Below are positions 1-9,760 of a stretch of DNA of 64,000 nt, in pieces (within the stretch, counting starts at the first letter, position 1; each line of letters begins with the position of its first letter). Source of the DNA: an uncultured Actinomycetes bacterium. GTDB lineage: Bacteria > Actinomycetota > Thermoleophilia > Gaiellales > JAICJC01. Where the stretch lies: contig CAWESH010000007.1 of assembly GCA_963811675.1 (NCBI GenBank), positions 164,784-228,783 of the forward strand, in the 5' to 3' direction. The notes under the pieces are model-generated. The model saw only the letters and a list, made by a program, of their open reading frames with translations. It was not told where the DNA came from and ran no database searches. Position numbers and translations under genes: made by a program.

Positions 1-1040
1 TCGATCCAGCAGTCAGGGCGGCGATCGAGCTTTTGGCGTCGAACCTGCGAACGGTGGCGACCGAGCTGCTCCCGCCGCCCACTCGGGTGGAGTTACCTCA
101 GGGCCAGATCGTCTCGACCCGTCACGTGCCGGTGCAGCGGGCCGGCCTGTACGTCCCCGGCGGCGGTGCCGCGTATCCGTCCAGCGCGGTGATGGCGATC
201 GTGCCCGCCCAGGTCGCGGGCGTCCCCGAGATCTGTGTCTGCTCTCCGCCGGCCGCCGACGGCCGCGTGCACTCCGCCATCCTGGCCGTGTGCGCGCTTC
301 TGGGAGTGACCGAGGTGTACGCCGCAGGCGGTGCCCAGGCGGTGGCGGCGATGGCGCTCGGCACCGAGGCGATCCCGGCAGTCGACGTGGTCGTCGGTCC
401 CGGCAACGCCTACGTCGAGGAGGCCAAACGGCGGCTCTTCGGCGAGGTCGGAATCGAGTCGCTGGCCGGCCCCAGCGAGCTGATCATCCTGGCCGACGCC
501 ACCGCGCCGGCCGAACACCTGGCGTGGGACCTGATGGCGCAGGCCGAGCACGGAGCGGGCGCTCAGTCGGTGCTGGTCAGCCCTGACCCGGACGTGATCG
601 CCGCAGTGGCCGAGCACCTGGCAGAGGGGGAGATGACGCTGATCGAGACCGACTCGTGGGAGACCGCGATCGCGTTCGTGAACGAGTACGCCCCTGAGCA
701 CCTGCAGCTGGCGGTCGCCGACCCGGACGCGGCGCTCGAGCAGATCGTGCACGCCGGAGCGATCTTCCTCGGGCATCACTCGGGGGCCGCCTTCGGCGAC
801 TACGTGGCCGGTTCCAACCACATCCTGCCGACGGCCGGCAACGCCCGCTTCTCGTCGGGGCTGGGCCCGGTCGTCTACCTGCGCGCGCAGGAGATCGTCG
901 AGATTCCCGAGTCGGCAGTGGCCCTGCTGGAGCCGCCGCTGGTGGCGCTGGCGCTCGCCGAGGGACTTCCCAACCACGCCCGCTCGGCATCCATCCGAGC
1001 CGAACGAATCACCGAATCATCGAAAGGACTTCCCAGCTGA
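1..1040 (+). CDS. hisD: histidinol dehydrogenase (5' end probably upstream of window)
   Basis: Motifs GLYVPGG, GPGNAYV, AGPSE, QAEH, PEHL, GDYVAGSNHILPT in ORF 33..1040. Confidence 0.95.
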   Translation, partial: DPAVRAAIELLASNLRTVATELLPPPTRVELPQGQIVSTRHVPVQRAGLYVPGGGAAYPSSAVMAIVPAQVAGVPEICVCSPPAADGRVHSAILAVCALLGVTEVYAAGGAQAVAAMALGTEAIPAVDVVVGPGNAYVEEAKRRLFGEVGIESLAGPSELIILADATAPAEHLAWDLMAQAEHGAGAQSVLVSPDPDVIAAVAEHLAEGEMTLIETDSWETAIAFVNEYAPEHLQLAVADPDAALEQIVHAGAIFLGHHSGAAFGDYVAGSNHILPTAGNARFSSGLGPVVYLRAQEIVEIPESAVALLEPPLVALALAEGLPNHARSASIRAERITESSKGLPS

Positions 1041-1432
1041 TGCAGCTCAACCGTGAGGTGATTGCGGCCGACGGCGCCCCCAAGCCGTTCGCAGGTGCTC
1101 CCTACAACCAGGCGATCCGCGCCGGCAACTTCGTGTTCTGCGCGGGCCAGATCGGTCTCGATCCGGAGACCGGCGCGTTGGTCGAGGGCGGGATCGAGGC
1201 TCAGACGCGGCGGGTGCTCGATAACGTCGTGGCGGTGCTCGCCGGCGCCGGGCTGACCCCTCGGCACGTCGTCAAGACCACCGTCTTCGTCGCCGACCTG
1301 GCCGACTTCGCCGCCGTCAACGCCATCTATGCCGAGTACTTCACCCACGATCCACCGGCCCGCTCGACCGTCCAGGTGGCTGCACTACCTGCCGGGGCGG
1401 CGGTCGAGATCGAGGTGGTCGCGGCCGACTGA
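1040..1432 (+). CDS. ridA: RidA/YjgF enamine deaminase
   Basis: PYNQAI, GQIG, VKTTVF, N..YAEYF, PARSTVQV..LP, VEIE; TGATG overlap with hisD. Confidence 0.93.
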   Translation: MQLNREVIAADGAPKPFAGAPYNQAIRAGNFVFCAGQIGLDPETGALVEGGIEAQTRRVLDNVVAVLAGAGLTPRHVVKTTVFVADLADFAAVNAIYAEYFTHDPPARSTVQVAALPAGAAVEIEVVAAD

Positions 1433-1469
1433 CACCGGTCGGCGAGGGAGGCGCCCGTAGGATTCGGGG

Positions 1470-4075
1470 ATGCGGCCCAGCGAACTGATCGTCACCCACG
1501 CCAACGCCGACTTCGACGCGTTCGGATCGGCGCTGGCCGCGCGCAGGCTGTATCCCGGAGCCGTGATCCGGCTTCCCGGCGGAGTCAACCGCAATGTGCG
1601 GGCGTTCATCTCGCTGCACGCCGATGAGCTCGCCATCCCCGATCCGGCGCGGATCGAGCTCGACGCGCGTCGAGCGGGTGATCGTGATCGAGGCGGGCAG
1701 GCTGAGCCGGCTGGGTGACCTGGCCGAGGTGATCGAGCGCGACGGCGTCGAGGTGGTGCTGTTCGACCACCACGACCGTGAGGCCGAGCCGGAATGGGTG
1801 ACGCCCGGCTCGCGGGTGATCTCGAGCGACGGCGCGCTGTGCGCCACGATGGTCGGGATCCTGGCCGAGCGCGGGCTCGATCCCACCCCCACCGAGGCAA
1901 CCGCGCTGGCACTGGGCATCCACGAGGACACCGGCTCGCTGACCCATCTGACCACCACCGTGCGCGACATCGAGGCGCTGGCATGGTGCGTCCGCCACGG
2001 CGCCGCCCAGGAGCTGATCGCGGAGTTCCTGCGAACGCCGCTCTCGGGCGATCAGCGCGAGCTGCTGACCGCGTTGATGGAGTCAGCCGAGACGCATCAG
2101 GTCGACGGCATGCCGGTGCTGATCGCCGCCGCCCGCTGGCCTCACCACGTCGCCGCAGTCTCGACCCTGGCCATCGAAGATCGTCGAGCTGACCGATGTG
2201 CGGGTGCTGGTGATGCTGGTCGAGATGGACGGGCGGGTGTTCGTCGTCGGCCGCAGCCGCACCCCGGTGATGGACGTCGTGCGCGGTGCTCGAAGCAGCT
2301 CGGCGGCGGCGGTCACGCTCCCGCCGCCTCGGCGATCGTCCGCGACCGTGATCTCGACGACGTGCGGGCGCGGTGCTGGCCGAGCCTGCCCGGCCGGAGT
2401 CACCTCCGGCGCCCGCGCCCGCGACATCATGTCGGCACCGGCCTGGTTCATCGACCACCAGGTGACCGTGGAGCAGGCCATGGCCGAGTGCCGCCGGCGA
2501 CAGACGTCCGGCGTGCAGGTGGAAGCCGACGGCGTGCTGGTCGGCGCGGTTGCCCGCGAGGATCTCGACCGCGCCTTCGGTCACCGCTTGGGCCACGCCC
2601 CGGTGCGGGCGGTGATGACCTCGCGAGGTCGCCACGATCGCTCCCGACGCGACCCTGACCGAGGTGCAGCACGCGATCGTGAAGGCGCGGGCCGGTCGGG
2701 TGGCGGTGGTCACGGATGTCGGACGGTGGCCACCCGGCTGCGGCCGACGTCTGGGGGTGGTCACTCGCACCGACCTGCTGGCCGCCCTCAGCCCGCCGCC
2801 CGCCGGAGCCGGCAGAGAGCCCCGAGACCGAGGTGGGCGAGGCCTTGCGCGGCCGCGAGCAGCTCGCGCCCCTGTGGGCGGCGGTGCGGGTCGCGTCGGC
2901 GTCGTCGACGGCGTCTACCTGGTGGGTGGAGCGGTGCGGGATCTGCTGCTGGGAGCCCCCAGCTTCGACATCGATCTGGCTGTGGAGGGCGACGGCATCG
3001 CCTTCGCGGAGGCGCTCGCTGCGCGAGCTGGGCGGGCGCATGCACCCCCACGAGCGCTTTCACACCGCGGTGGTGATCGCGGGTGAGCTGCGGGTCGACG
3101 TGGCCACCGCCCGCACCGAGCACTACGAGTATCCGGCCGCGCTGCCGGTGGTCGAGCACAGCTCGATCCGGCGCGACCTGCACCGCCGCGACTTCACCAT
3201 CAACTCGATGGCGATCGCGGTGGACGCGGCCACCTTCGGGCTGCTGCTCGACCCCTTCGGCGGTCGCGCCGACCTGGAGGCCGGCGCGTTGCGGGTGCTG
3301 CACAACCTGTCGTTCATCGAGGATCCCACGCGCATCTTCCGGGCGGTGCGATACGAGACCCGCTACGGCTTCGCGATGGAGCCGCACACGCTCGAGCTGG
3401 CCCGAAACACCGTGGCGATGGGGCTGGTGGGCGAGGTCTCCGGCGCACGGCTGCGGGACGAGCTGCTGGCCATCCTGGAGGATCCCCGCGCGCCGCGTGG
3501 CGCTCGCGCGGATGGACCAGCTGGGTCTGGCCGGGCGCTTCACCCCGCGCTCGACTGCTCGCGCGAGACGATCGAGCTGATCGAGCGGGTCGACCTGCTG
3601 CGCGCTGACTCACCTGCCGGAGCTCGCGCCCTGGCGGGCGCGGTTTGCGGCGATCGCCCGGGGTGTCGAGGCAGACGAGCTGGAGCCGTGGCTGGAGTGG
3701 CTGCGGATCCGCCGCCGCGACGCCCGGGCGGTCGCCTTGGCGCGCGGTGCTGCCGGCGCGGCTGCTGGCGCCGCTCGCGAGCGGCCGCGACCCCGGCCGA
3801 CGTCGCCGAGCTGCTCGCACCGCAACCGCTCGAGGTCGCGATCGTGTGCCGCCGCGCTCGGCTCGGCCGCCGGCGCAGCGCGTATCTGGAGGGGGGCGCG
3901 GCGGTCACGCTCGAGCTGGACGGCGACGTCGCTGCAGCAGGAGTTCGGGCTGGCCCCCTCGCCGCAGGTGGGGGCGGTGTTGGCCGAGCTCCTGCGGCGC
4001 AAGCGAAACGGGCAGATCGACGGTCGCGAGCAGGAGCTCGAGGCCGCTCGGGTGATCCTGGCGGAGGACGCGTGA
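1470..4075 (+). CDS. cca: DHH-DHHA1-CBS-nucleotidyltransferase (CCA- or A-adding tRNA enzyme); several apparent frameshifts
   Basis: Pieces across frames: THANADFD, FDHH, GIHEDTG, GGGGH, CBS pair, YLVGGAVRDLLLG/DIDL, RRDFTIN, EDPTRIFR. Confidence 0.85.
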
Positions 4076-4814
4076 CGACGATCCGCTGGGACGCGCACCG
4101 GCCGGCGTCGACGGTGGTGTTCACCGGCCGCACGGGCGGCGTCAGCGAGGGGGCGTTTGCCAGCCTCAACCTGGGCGCGCTGACCGACGACGAGCCGAGG
4201 CGGTGCGGGAGAATCGCCGCCGCGCAGTCGAGGCGGCCGGCGCTGATCCCGAACGACGCCACGATGGCGTGGCAGGTGGCCGGGGCCGAGGTGCGGGAGG
4301 TGACGGCGACGCCCAGCGTCGGGTCGCTTCATGCAGCCGGGGCTGCGAGCCGTTTCCCAAGTCCGACGGGCTGGTCACCTCGCTGCCCGCCAAGCCGATG
4401 GTGCTGCTGGCAGCCGATTGCCTGCCGATCGCGGTCGCTCGCACCGACGGCTCGCGGCTGGCCGTGCTGCACGCGGGGTGGCAGGGCCTGCTGGCCGGCA
4501 TCTGCGAGCAGGGAGTCGGCGCGGTGGGCGGCGGCGTCGGTGGCGATGGTCGGGCCGGGAGCGGGCCCGTGCTGCTACGAGGTCAAGGATGACGTCGGGC
4601 AAGCCGCTGCAGGCGGCGTTCGGCGAAGCCGGCCGTGCGGGACGGGCGCGCCGACCTGTGGTACTGCGCCCGGACGGCCCTGGAGCGCGCCGGGGTGGAG
4701 CACGTCGAGGTGGCCGGTCGATGCACGATCTGTCGCCCGCAGGAGTACTTCTCGCACCGGCGCGATCGTGGCCGCACCGGCCGCCAGGGGGTGGTCGGTG
4801 TCCTTGGTTCCTGA
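4072..4814 (+). CDS. pgeF: PgeF/YfiH laccase-domain protein; frameshifted
   Basis: FTGRTGGVS..SLNLG, DGLVT, LAADCLP, HAGW, GPCCYEV, C-terminal FSHRR..GRQ across frames. Confidence 0.8.
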
Positions 4815-5463
4815 TCCCGCCGTGATCGCCGCGAACCTGGCCCGGATCCGGTCCGAGATCGGGCCCGAGGTCGAGATCCTGGCCGCCACCAAGTACGTCG
4901 ACACCGACGGCATGCAGGCGCTTGCTGGAGGCCGGCGTGACGCTGGTGGGTGAGAACCGAAGCGACGCCCTGGCCGCCAAGCAGGCGCTGTTCGCCGACA
5001 GCTTCACCTGGGACTTCATCGGCCATCTGCAGAGCCGCAAGGTGCGCGACGTGGTCGGGCGGGTGCGCCTGATCCACGCCGTCGACTCGCTGTCGGTGTG
5101 CGCCCAGATCGACTCGCGGGCATCACAGCCGGTCGACTGCCTGCTGCAGGTCAACGTCGCCGGGGAGGAGTCCAAGGCCGGCGTTGCCCCTGATCAGAGC
5201 CGACCAATTCCTGCAGCAGGCAGCCGAGTTCGGGAGCGTGCGGTTCTGCGGATTGATGACGATGCCGCCGCTGGCGGAGCAGGCGAGTGAGGCCGGCCCG
5301 TGGTTCGCGGCGCTGCGGGATCTGCGCGACACGCTGGCTCCCAAGTGGGCCGGTCGGCACGAACTGACGCAGCTCTCGATGGGTACCAGCCAGGATTACG
5401 CAGGTGGCAGCGCAGGAAGGCGCTACCATCGTGCGGCTAGGAAGTGTCCTACTCAAGCGGTAG
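4798..5463 (+). CDS. yggS: YggS/PLPBP pyridoxal phosphate homeostasis protein; frameshifted
   Basis: LAATKYV, GENR, WDFIGHLQSRK, LLQVNVAGEESKAG, GLMTMPP, LSMGTSQDY; synteny before sepF. Confidence 0.88.
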
Positions 5464-5474
5464 AGTCTTTAGAG

Positions 5475-6023
5475 ATGGCCATCAAGGACATGTGGAATTC
5501 GACCCTGGTCTACTTCGGCGTGCGCGAAGAGGAGTGGGGCGACGAGTACTACGAGGACGGCACCGCCGCCAACGAAGACCTCGAGCGCGGGTACTCCGAG
5601 CGACCCAACGTGCGCCGGCTTTCGCCGAGGCGCCGGTCGGGCTCGGAGTTCGACGAGATCTTCAGTGACGAGCCGCCCGTGCGTGCTCCCACCCGGTCGT
5701 CGCGGGGCGCCGCCCCGGCTCCTCAGCAGAACGGGCATCGGGAGGCTCCCCAGGTGTCGCTGGTCGTCCCCAAGACCTTCAACGACGCCCAGACGGTGGC
5801 GGACAAGCTCAAGGCTGAGGTGCCGGTGATCATCAACCTCCAGACCGCCGACGCCGACCTCACCCGGCGGTTGATCGACTTTGCCAGCGGCCTCACCTAT
5901 GCACTGGACGGTTCGATGCAGCGGGTGGCCGATCGCGTGTTCCTGCTGACGCCGCACGCAGTCAAGGTCTCGGCGGAGGACAAGGCGCTGCTGATGGAGC
6001 GCGGCTTCTTCAACCAGTACTGA
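5475..6023 (+). CDS. sepF: cell division protein SepF
   Basis: LVYFG N-terminus; P..FNDAQ..AD, VIINL, RRLIDFASGLTYALDG, VFLLTP. Confidence 0.93.
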   Translation: MAIKDMWNSTLVYFGVREEEWGDEYYEDGTAANEDLERGYSERPNVRRLSPRRRSGSEFDEIFSDEPPVRAPTRSSRGAAPAPQQNGHREAPQVSLVVPKTFNDAQTVADKLKAEVPVIINLQTADADLTRRLIDFASGLTYALDGSMQRVADRVFLLTPHAVKVSAEDKALLMERGFFNQY

Positions 6024-6075
6024 GAGCCTCTGTCCGCGCGAAGCTGCCGGTGGTGGCGGTACGCTCTGGCCTGAC

Positions 6076-6888
6076 ATGACCAACGTCGCCTCCACCATCG
6101 GTCTGATCGGCTCGGGCAACATGGCCTCTGCCATGGTCAGCGGGTGGGTCAAAGCAGACCCCCTGATGGCTGACCGGATCCTGGTGACCGATCGTGGCTC
6201 CGGCCGGGCCGATGCGCTCGCGTCCAAGTACGGCGTTCGTCATGTGGTCGGCAACCATGAGCTGGTTGAGGCCTCCACCATGGTCGTGCTGGCGGTCAAG
6301 CCGGTGGACGTCGAGCGGGTGCTGCGTGAGATCTCCGACCTGATTACGCCGACCAAGGCGATTGCCTCGGTGGCCGCCGGGGTGCGCATCGCCACGTTGG
6401 AGACGATCCTGGACGTGGATGCGCCGGTGTTTCGGTTCATGCCGAATGTCGGGGTCAGAGTGGGGGCGGGTACGCTCGCCTTCTCGTCTGGCCGGTTCAC
6501 CGATACCGCGGCAGAGGAGGCGGTGCTCGGGCTGTTCTCGCTGCTGGGCGAAGTGGTGCCGCTGGACGAGCGGCTGTTCGACGCGGCCACGGCGCTGTCG
6601 GGATCGGGGCCGGCGTTTCTGGGACTGATCCTGGAGGCCTTCGAGGATGCCGGCATCGTCAGCGGCCTGACCTACGACGACGCCCGCCGGTTGCTGCTCT
6701 CGACGGTCGCCGGAACCGCGGAGTTGCTGCGAGCCGAGGAACTCTCCTGCAGTGCGCTTCGGCGGATGGTGACCTCACCGGGCGGGACGGCGGCGGCAGG
6801 TCTGGCCGAGATGGAGCGTCACGGTGTGCGCGGCGCGGTGATCGACGGCGTCACCGCCGCGATGCGCCGCGCCGGAGAGCTGGGGTAG
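6076..6888 (+). CDS. proC: pyrroline-5-carboxylate reductase
   Basis: IGSGNMA, LAVKP, SVAAG, RFMPN, ALSGSGPAF, VTSPGGT. Confidence 0.95.
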   Translation: MTNVASTIGLIGSGNMASAMVSGWVKADPLMADRILVTDRGSGRADALASKYGVRHVVGNHELVEASTMVVLAVKPVDVERVLREISDLITPTKAIASVAAGVRIATLETILDVDAPVFRFMPNVGVRVGAGTLAFSSGRFTDTAAEEAVLGLFSLLGEVVPLDERLFDAATALSGSGPAFLGLILEAFEDAGIVSGLTYDDARRLLLSTVAGTAELLRAEELSCSALRRMVTSPGGTAAAGLAEMERHGVRGAVIDGVTAAMRRAGELG

Positions 6889-6891
6889 AGC

Positions 6892-7173
6892 GTGACCACG
6901 ATCGATTGGATCGATCAGTTCATCCAATCCCTCAGCCTGATCTATATCGGGTTCATCTTCCTGCACGTGATCCTGGGCATGCTTCAGACCACCTACAGCC
7001 CGTGGCTGGGCCGGCTGCGAGCGCTGACCTACGACACTGTCGAGCCGTTCCTGCAGGTGTTCCGGCGAGTACTCCCGCCGATGGGCGGGCTCGATCTCAG
7101 TCCCATGGTGGCCTCCTTTGCGGTGCTGATCGGCGCCCAGATCCTCCAGGTGATCCTCAACTCCTTCGGCTAG
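6892..7173 (+). CDS. yggT: YggT/YlmG membrane protein
   Basis: EPFL..FRRVLPPMGGLDLSP motif; synteny. Confidence 0.9.
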   Translation: MTTIDWIDQFIQSLSLIYIGFIFLHVILGMLQTTYSPWLGRLRALTYDTVEPFLQVFRRVLPPMGGLDLSPMVASFAVLIGAQILQVILNSFG

Positions 7174-7224
7174 AACCATCTGCGTTCGTGAAGGAGTCCG
7201 TTCGGCGGTCACGAACCGAGCGGC

Positions 7225-7755
7225 ATGGCTATCTCACCTGTAGAACTCAGACATGAACGACCCGCTGTCCGCCTGATCGGATACAGCCGCGCCGACGTCG
7301 ACCAGTTGATCGGCGACGCAACCGATGCGTACGAGACGGTGTGGCGCGAACGCGCCGACCTGGACGACCGCGTGCACTACCTCGAGCAGAAGCTCTCGAG
7401 CGTGGCCGAGACCGAAGAAGCCCTCCGAAACGCGCTCATCACCGCCGAGAAGGTGGCCGACGAACGCCGTGCCCAGGCATCACGCGACGCCGAGTTGGCG
7501 GTACGCGAGGCCGAGGTGCGGGCGCGGGAGATCCTGCACGGAGCCTATGCCGAGCGCGAGCGGATCCGTCAGGAGACCGCCCAGCTGCGTGGCGAGGAAG
7601 CTGAGTTCCGACTGCGGCTGCGATCGCTTTTGGGAACCACGCTCCAGATCGTGCGCGATCACGAAGAGGATCTGGTGCATGCTCCCGTGCCGGTGGCACC
7701 CGCGATTGAGGTGGACGCCGAGCAGCGCGCTGACGACGCTCCCGAATCTGCCTGA
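7225..7755 (+). CDS. divIVA: DivIVA domain protein
   Basis: N-terminal ISPVEL...GYSRADVD followed by coiled coil. Confidence 0.85.
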   Translation: MAISPVELRHERPAVRLIGYSRADVDQLIGDATDAYETVWRERADLDDRVHYLEQKLSSVAETEEALRNALITAEKVADERRAQASRDAELAVREAEVRAREILHGAYAERERIRQETAQLRGEEAEFRLRLRSLLGTTLQIVRDHEEDLVHAPVPVAPAIEVDAEQRADDAPESA

Positions 7756-7775
7756 TATACCCATCTGGGTATACT
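7756..7775 (+). promoter_or_regulatory. palindromic operator TATACCCA-TC-TGGGTATA overlapping a TATACT -10 box
   Basis: Perfect 8-bp arms 7756-7763/7766-7773; TATACT 7770-7775 lies 7 nt before GTG 7783. Confidence 0.55.
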
Positions 7776-7782
7776 CAGTCTC

Positions 7783-8151
7783 GTGTTGGAGGGTGTCGAT
7801 ATCGAGGCCACGCGCCGGCGTCTGACCGACGAGCGGGTACGGGTGGACGCAGAGCGTCGCCGCCTTCTGGACGATACGTCGCGCTCGATCGAGGACGTCT
7901 CTGACGACGGCGGCGCGCCCTCCCACATGGGCGACAGCGCGAGTCACACGCTCGATCGTGAGATCGACCTGTCGATCGAGGACAACGCAGATCATCTGCT
8001 GATCGCAATCGACGCCGCCCTGGCACGGATCGACGACGGCACCTACGGTGTATGCCAGCGATGTGGAAACACGATCGATCTCGAGCGGTTGGAGGCCCTG
8101 CCGTACGCGACCCAGTGCATCCAGTGCAAGCGTCTGGAGGAGAGGGGCTGA
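7783..8151 (+). CDS. DksA/TraR C4 zinc-finger protein
   Basis: HMGDSAS; IDAALARIDDGTYGVCQRCG..I..ERLEALPYATQCIQC. Confidence 0.9.
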   Translation: MLEGVDIEATRRRLTDERVRVDAERRRLLDDTSRSIEDVSDDGGAPSHMGDSASHTLDREIDLSIEDNADHLLIAIDAALARIDDGTYGVCQRCGNTIDLERLEALPYATQCIQCKRLEERG

Positions 8152-8663
8152 TCCGGGCAGACGCAGCGCCCCAGCCCGCGCCTCGCGCGGGCTCGTTGCA
8201 ATGGGCGGGGATGCTCGCGGTCGCTGTCGTGGCGATCGTGGCCGACCAGGTGACCAAGCGCGCGATCGAGCAGCAGATGGTGCTCGAGCAGTCGCACCAG
8301 GTGTTCCCGGGGCTGGCCATCACCCGGGTTCGCAATGCCGGCATCGCGTTTGGGATCTTGCCCGGCCGGATCGGGGTCGTGTCGATCCTGACGGTGATCG
8401 CGGTGGCCTGGATGCTGGTGCATTTCGCCCGCAGCGGATCGCGTCATGTGCTGTTTCCGGTTGCGCTGGGGCTGTTGGTGGGCGGCAGTCTCTCGAATCT
8501 GATCGACCGGGTCGCGCACGGCCACGTGACCGACTTCATCGACGTCAGTCACTGGCCCACGTTCAACCTGGCCGATACCTTCATCGTGATCGGGGTGGCG
8601 CTGCTCGTGTTCGGCCTGTGGCGGCTGGACCGGGAGGCTCCCGCCGCTCCCGAGACTGTGTGA
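8148..8663 (+). CDS. lspA: lipoprotein signal peptidase II (start uncertain: 8148 CTG or 8211 ATG)
   Basis: DQVTK, NAGIAFG, GGSLSNLIDR, VTDFI, FNLAD. Confidence 0.93.
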   Translation: MIRADAAPQPAPRAGSLQWAGMLAVAVVAIVADQVTKRAIEQQMVLEQSHQVFPGLAITRVRNAGIAFGILPGRIGVVSILTVIAVAWMLVHFARSGSRHVLFPVALGLLVGGSLSNLIDRVAHGHVTDFIDVSHWPTFNLADTFIVIGVALLVFGLWRLDREAPAAPETV

Positions 8664-9547
8664 CTGACCACAGCGTCACGACCGAGCATGACGGTCTCCG
8701 GCTCGATCGGTTCGTGGCCGCCCAGACCGGTGTCGGCACCCGTGCCGCAGCGGAGCGCCTGGTGGCCGCCGGAGCGGTGACGGTTGACGGTCGGCTCAGG
8801 TCGAAGTCGTACCGGCTCACCGCAGGGGAGCTGGTGGGGATTGCCGAGACGGCGGCGCCGGAGCCACCCTCGGGCCCGCTGCCGGTTGTCCCCATCGTGT
8901 ACCAGGATGAGCGACTGATGGTGGTGGACAAGCCGGCGGGGCTGCTCACGCACGCCGCGCCGGGAGCGGCCGGGCCGACTCTGGTGGAGGCGCTCCACGG
9001 CCACGGCGAGGGCGGCCCTGAGGATCGAGCAGGGATCGTGCACCGGCTCGATCGCGACACCTCCGGGTTGTTGGTCGTTGCCCGGGACGAGATTACGCTG
9101 GGCAAGCTGCAGTCGCTGCTGCGCCGGCGCGAGATCAGCCGGGTGTACACGGCGCTGGTGCGTGGCCGCCCGCCCTCGCGCACCGGGCGGATCGAGGCCC
9201 CGATCGGGCGAGACCGGCGCCAGCCGGCCCGGGTATCGACCGATACCGACGTTCCCCGTGAGGCTGCGACTCGATTCGAGCTGATCGAGGCGATCGCCGA
9301 CCGGTCGCTCTTGCGGGTCGAGCTAGAGACGGGGCGCACTCATCAGATCAGGGTGCACCTGCAGGCCATCGGCCATCCGGTGGTGGGCGATCCCGCCTAC
9401 GGCTACGGCCCTGAGCTGGGCCTGGAGCGGCAGTTCCTGCACGCCGCTGAGCTCTCCTTCACGCACCCCTGGACGGGCGAGCCGGTGGTGGTGCACTCCC
9501 CGCTGCCCCCCGACCTCGCCGCCGCCCTGAAAGCAGCAAGGCAGTGA
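8660..9547 (+). CDS. rluD: RluA/RluD family pseudouridine synthase
   Basis: RLDRFV S4 domain, VDKPAGL, GIVHRLDRDTSG, LETGRTHQIRVH, GDPAY, LHA. Confidence 0.93.
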   Translation: MTDHSVTTEHDGLRLDRFVAAQTGVGTRAAAERLVAAGAVTVDGRLRSKSYRLTAGELVGIAETAAPEPPSGPLPVVPIVYQDERLMVVDKPAGLLTHAAPGAAGPTLVEALHGHGEGGPEDRAGIVHRLDRDTSGLLVVARDEITLGKLQSLLRRREISRVYTALVRGRPPSRTGRIEAPIGRDRRQPARVSTDTDVPREAATRFELIEAIADRSLLRVELETGRTHQIRVHLQAIGHPVVGDPAYGYGPELGLERQFLHAAELSFTHPWTGEPVVVHSPLPPDLAAALKAARQ

Positions 9548-9624
9548 ATAATTCGGTGCCAGGCACCAATTATTCACCTCAGGCGGGGGTGGTGAATAAC
9601 GGTGCCAGGCACCGTTATTCACCA
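9544..9624. repeat. REP-like palindrome doublet (types A and B, 14-nt linker)
   Basis: GTGAATAATT(C)GGTGCC-A-GGCACCAATTATTCAC 9544-9577 and TGGTGAATAACGGTGCC-A-GGCACCGTTATTCACCA 9590-9624; same doublet recurs at 49042-49117. Confidence 0.9.
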
Positions 9625-9631
9625 TGTCGTC

Positions 9632-9760
9632 TAAACTTTCGCTCGACCTGTACGTCCCCGACCCGGTGGAACACGGCGCCGGCGGTGTCTCGCTGAACGT
9701 GTGGCGAGATTCCGGCAGTCGCCACCGGCTGAGTTCATCTAACCGATCAGGAGAAGTGAC
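9632..9760 (+). promoter_or_regulatory. rpsB promoter (-10 TAAACT) and putative structured 5' leader
   Basis: TAAACT 9632-9637; nested complementary segments CCGGTGG/CCACCGG, GCCGG/CCGGC, TCTCGC/GCGAGA; AGGAG SD before TTG 9761. Confidence 0.5.

Noticed and set aside
2716-4953. 745-aa ORF joining cca, pgeF and yggS pieces
   Set aside because: Chimera of three genes caused by multiple indels.
9544-9624. Integron attC site
   Set aside because: No RYYYAAC...GTTRRRY ends, no intI, and the flanking genes are core housekeeping genes.
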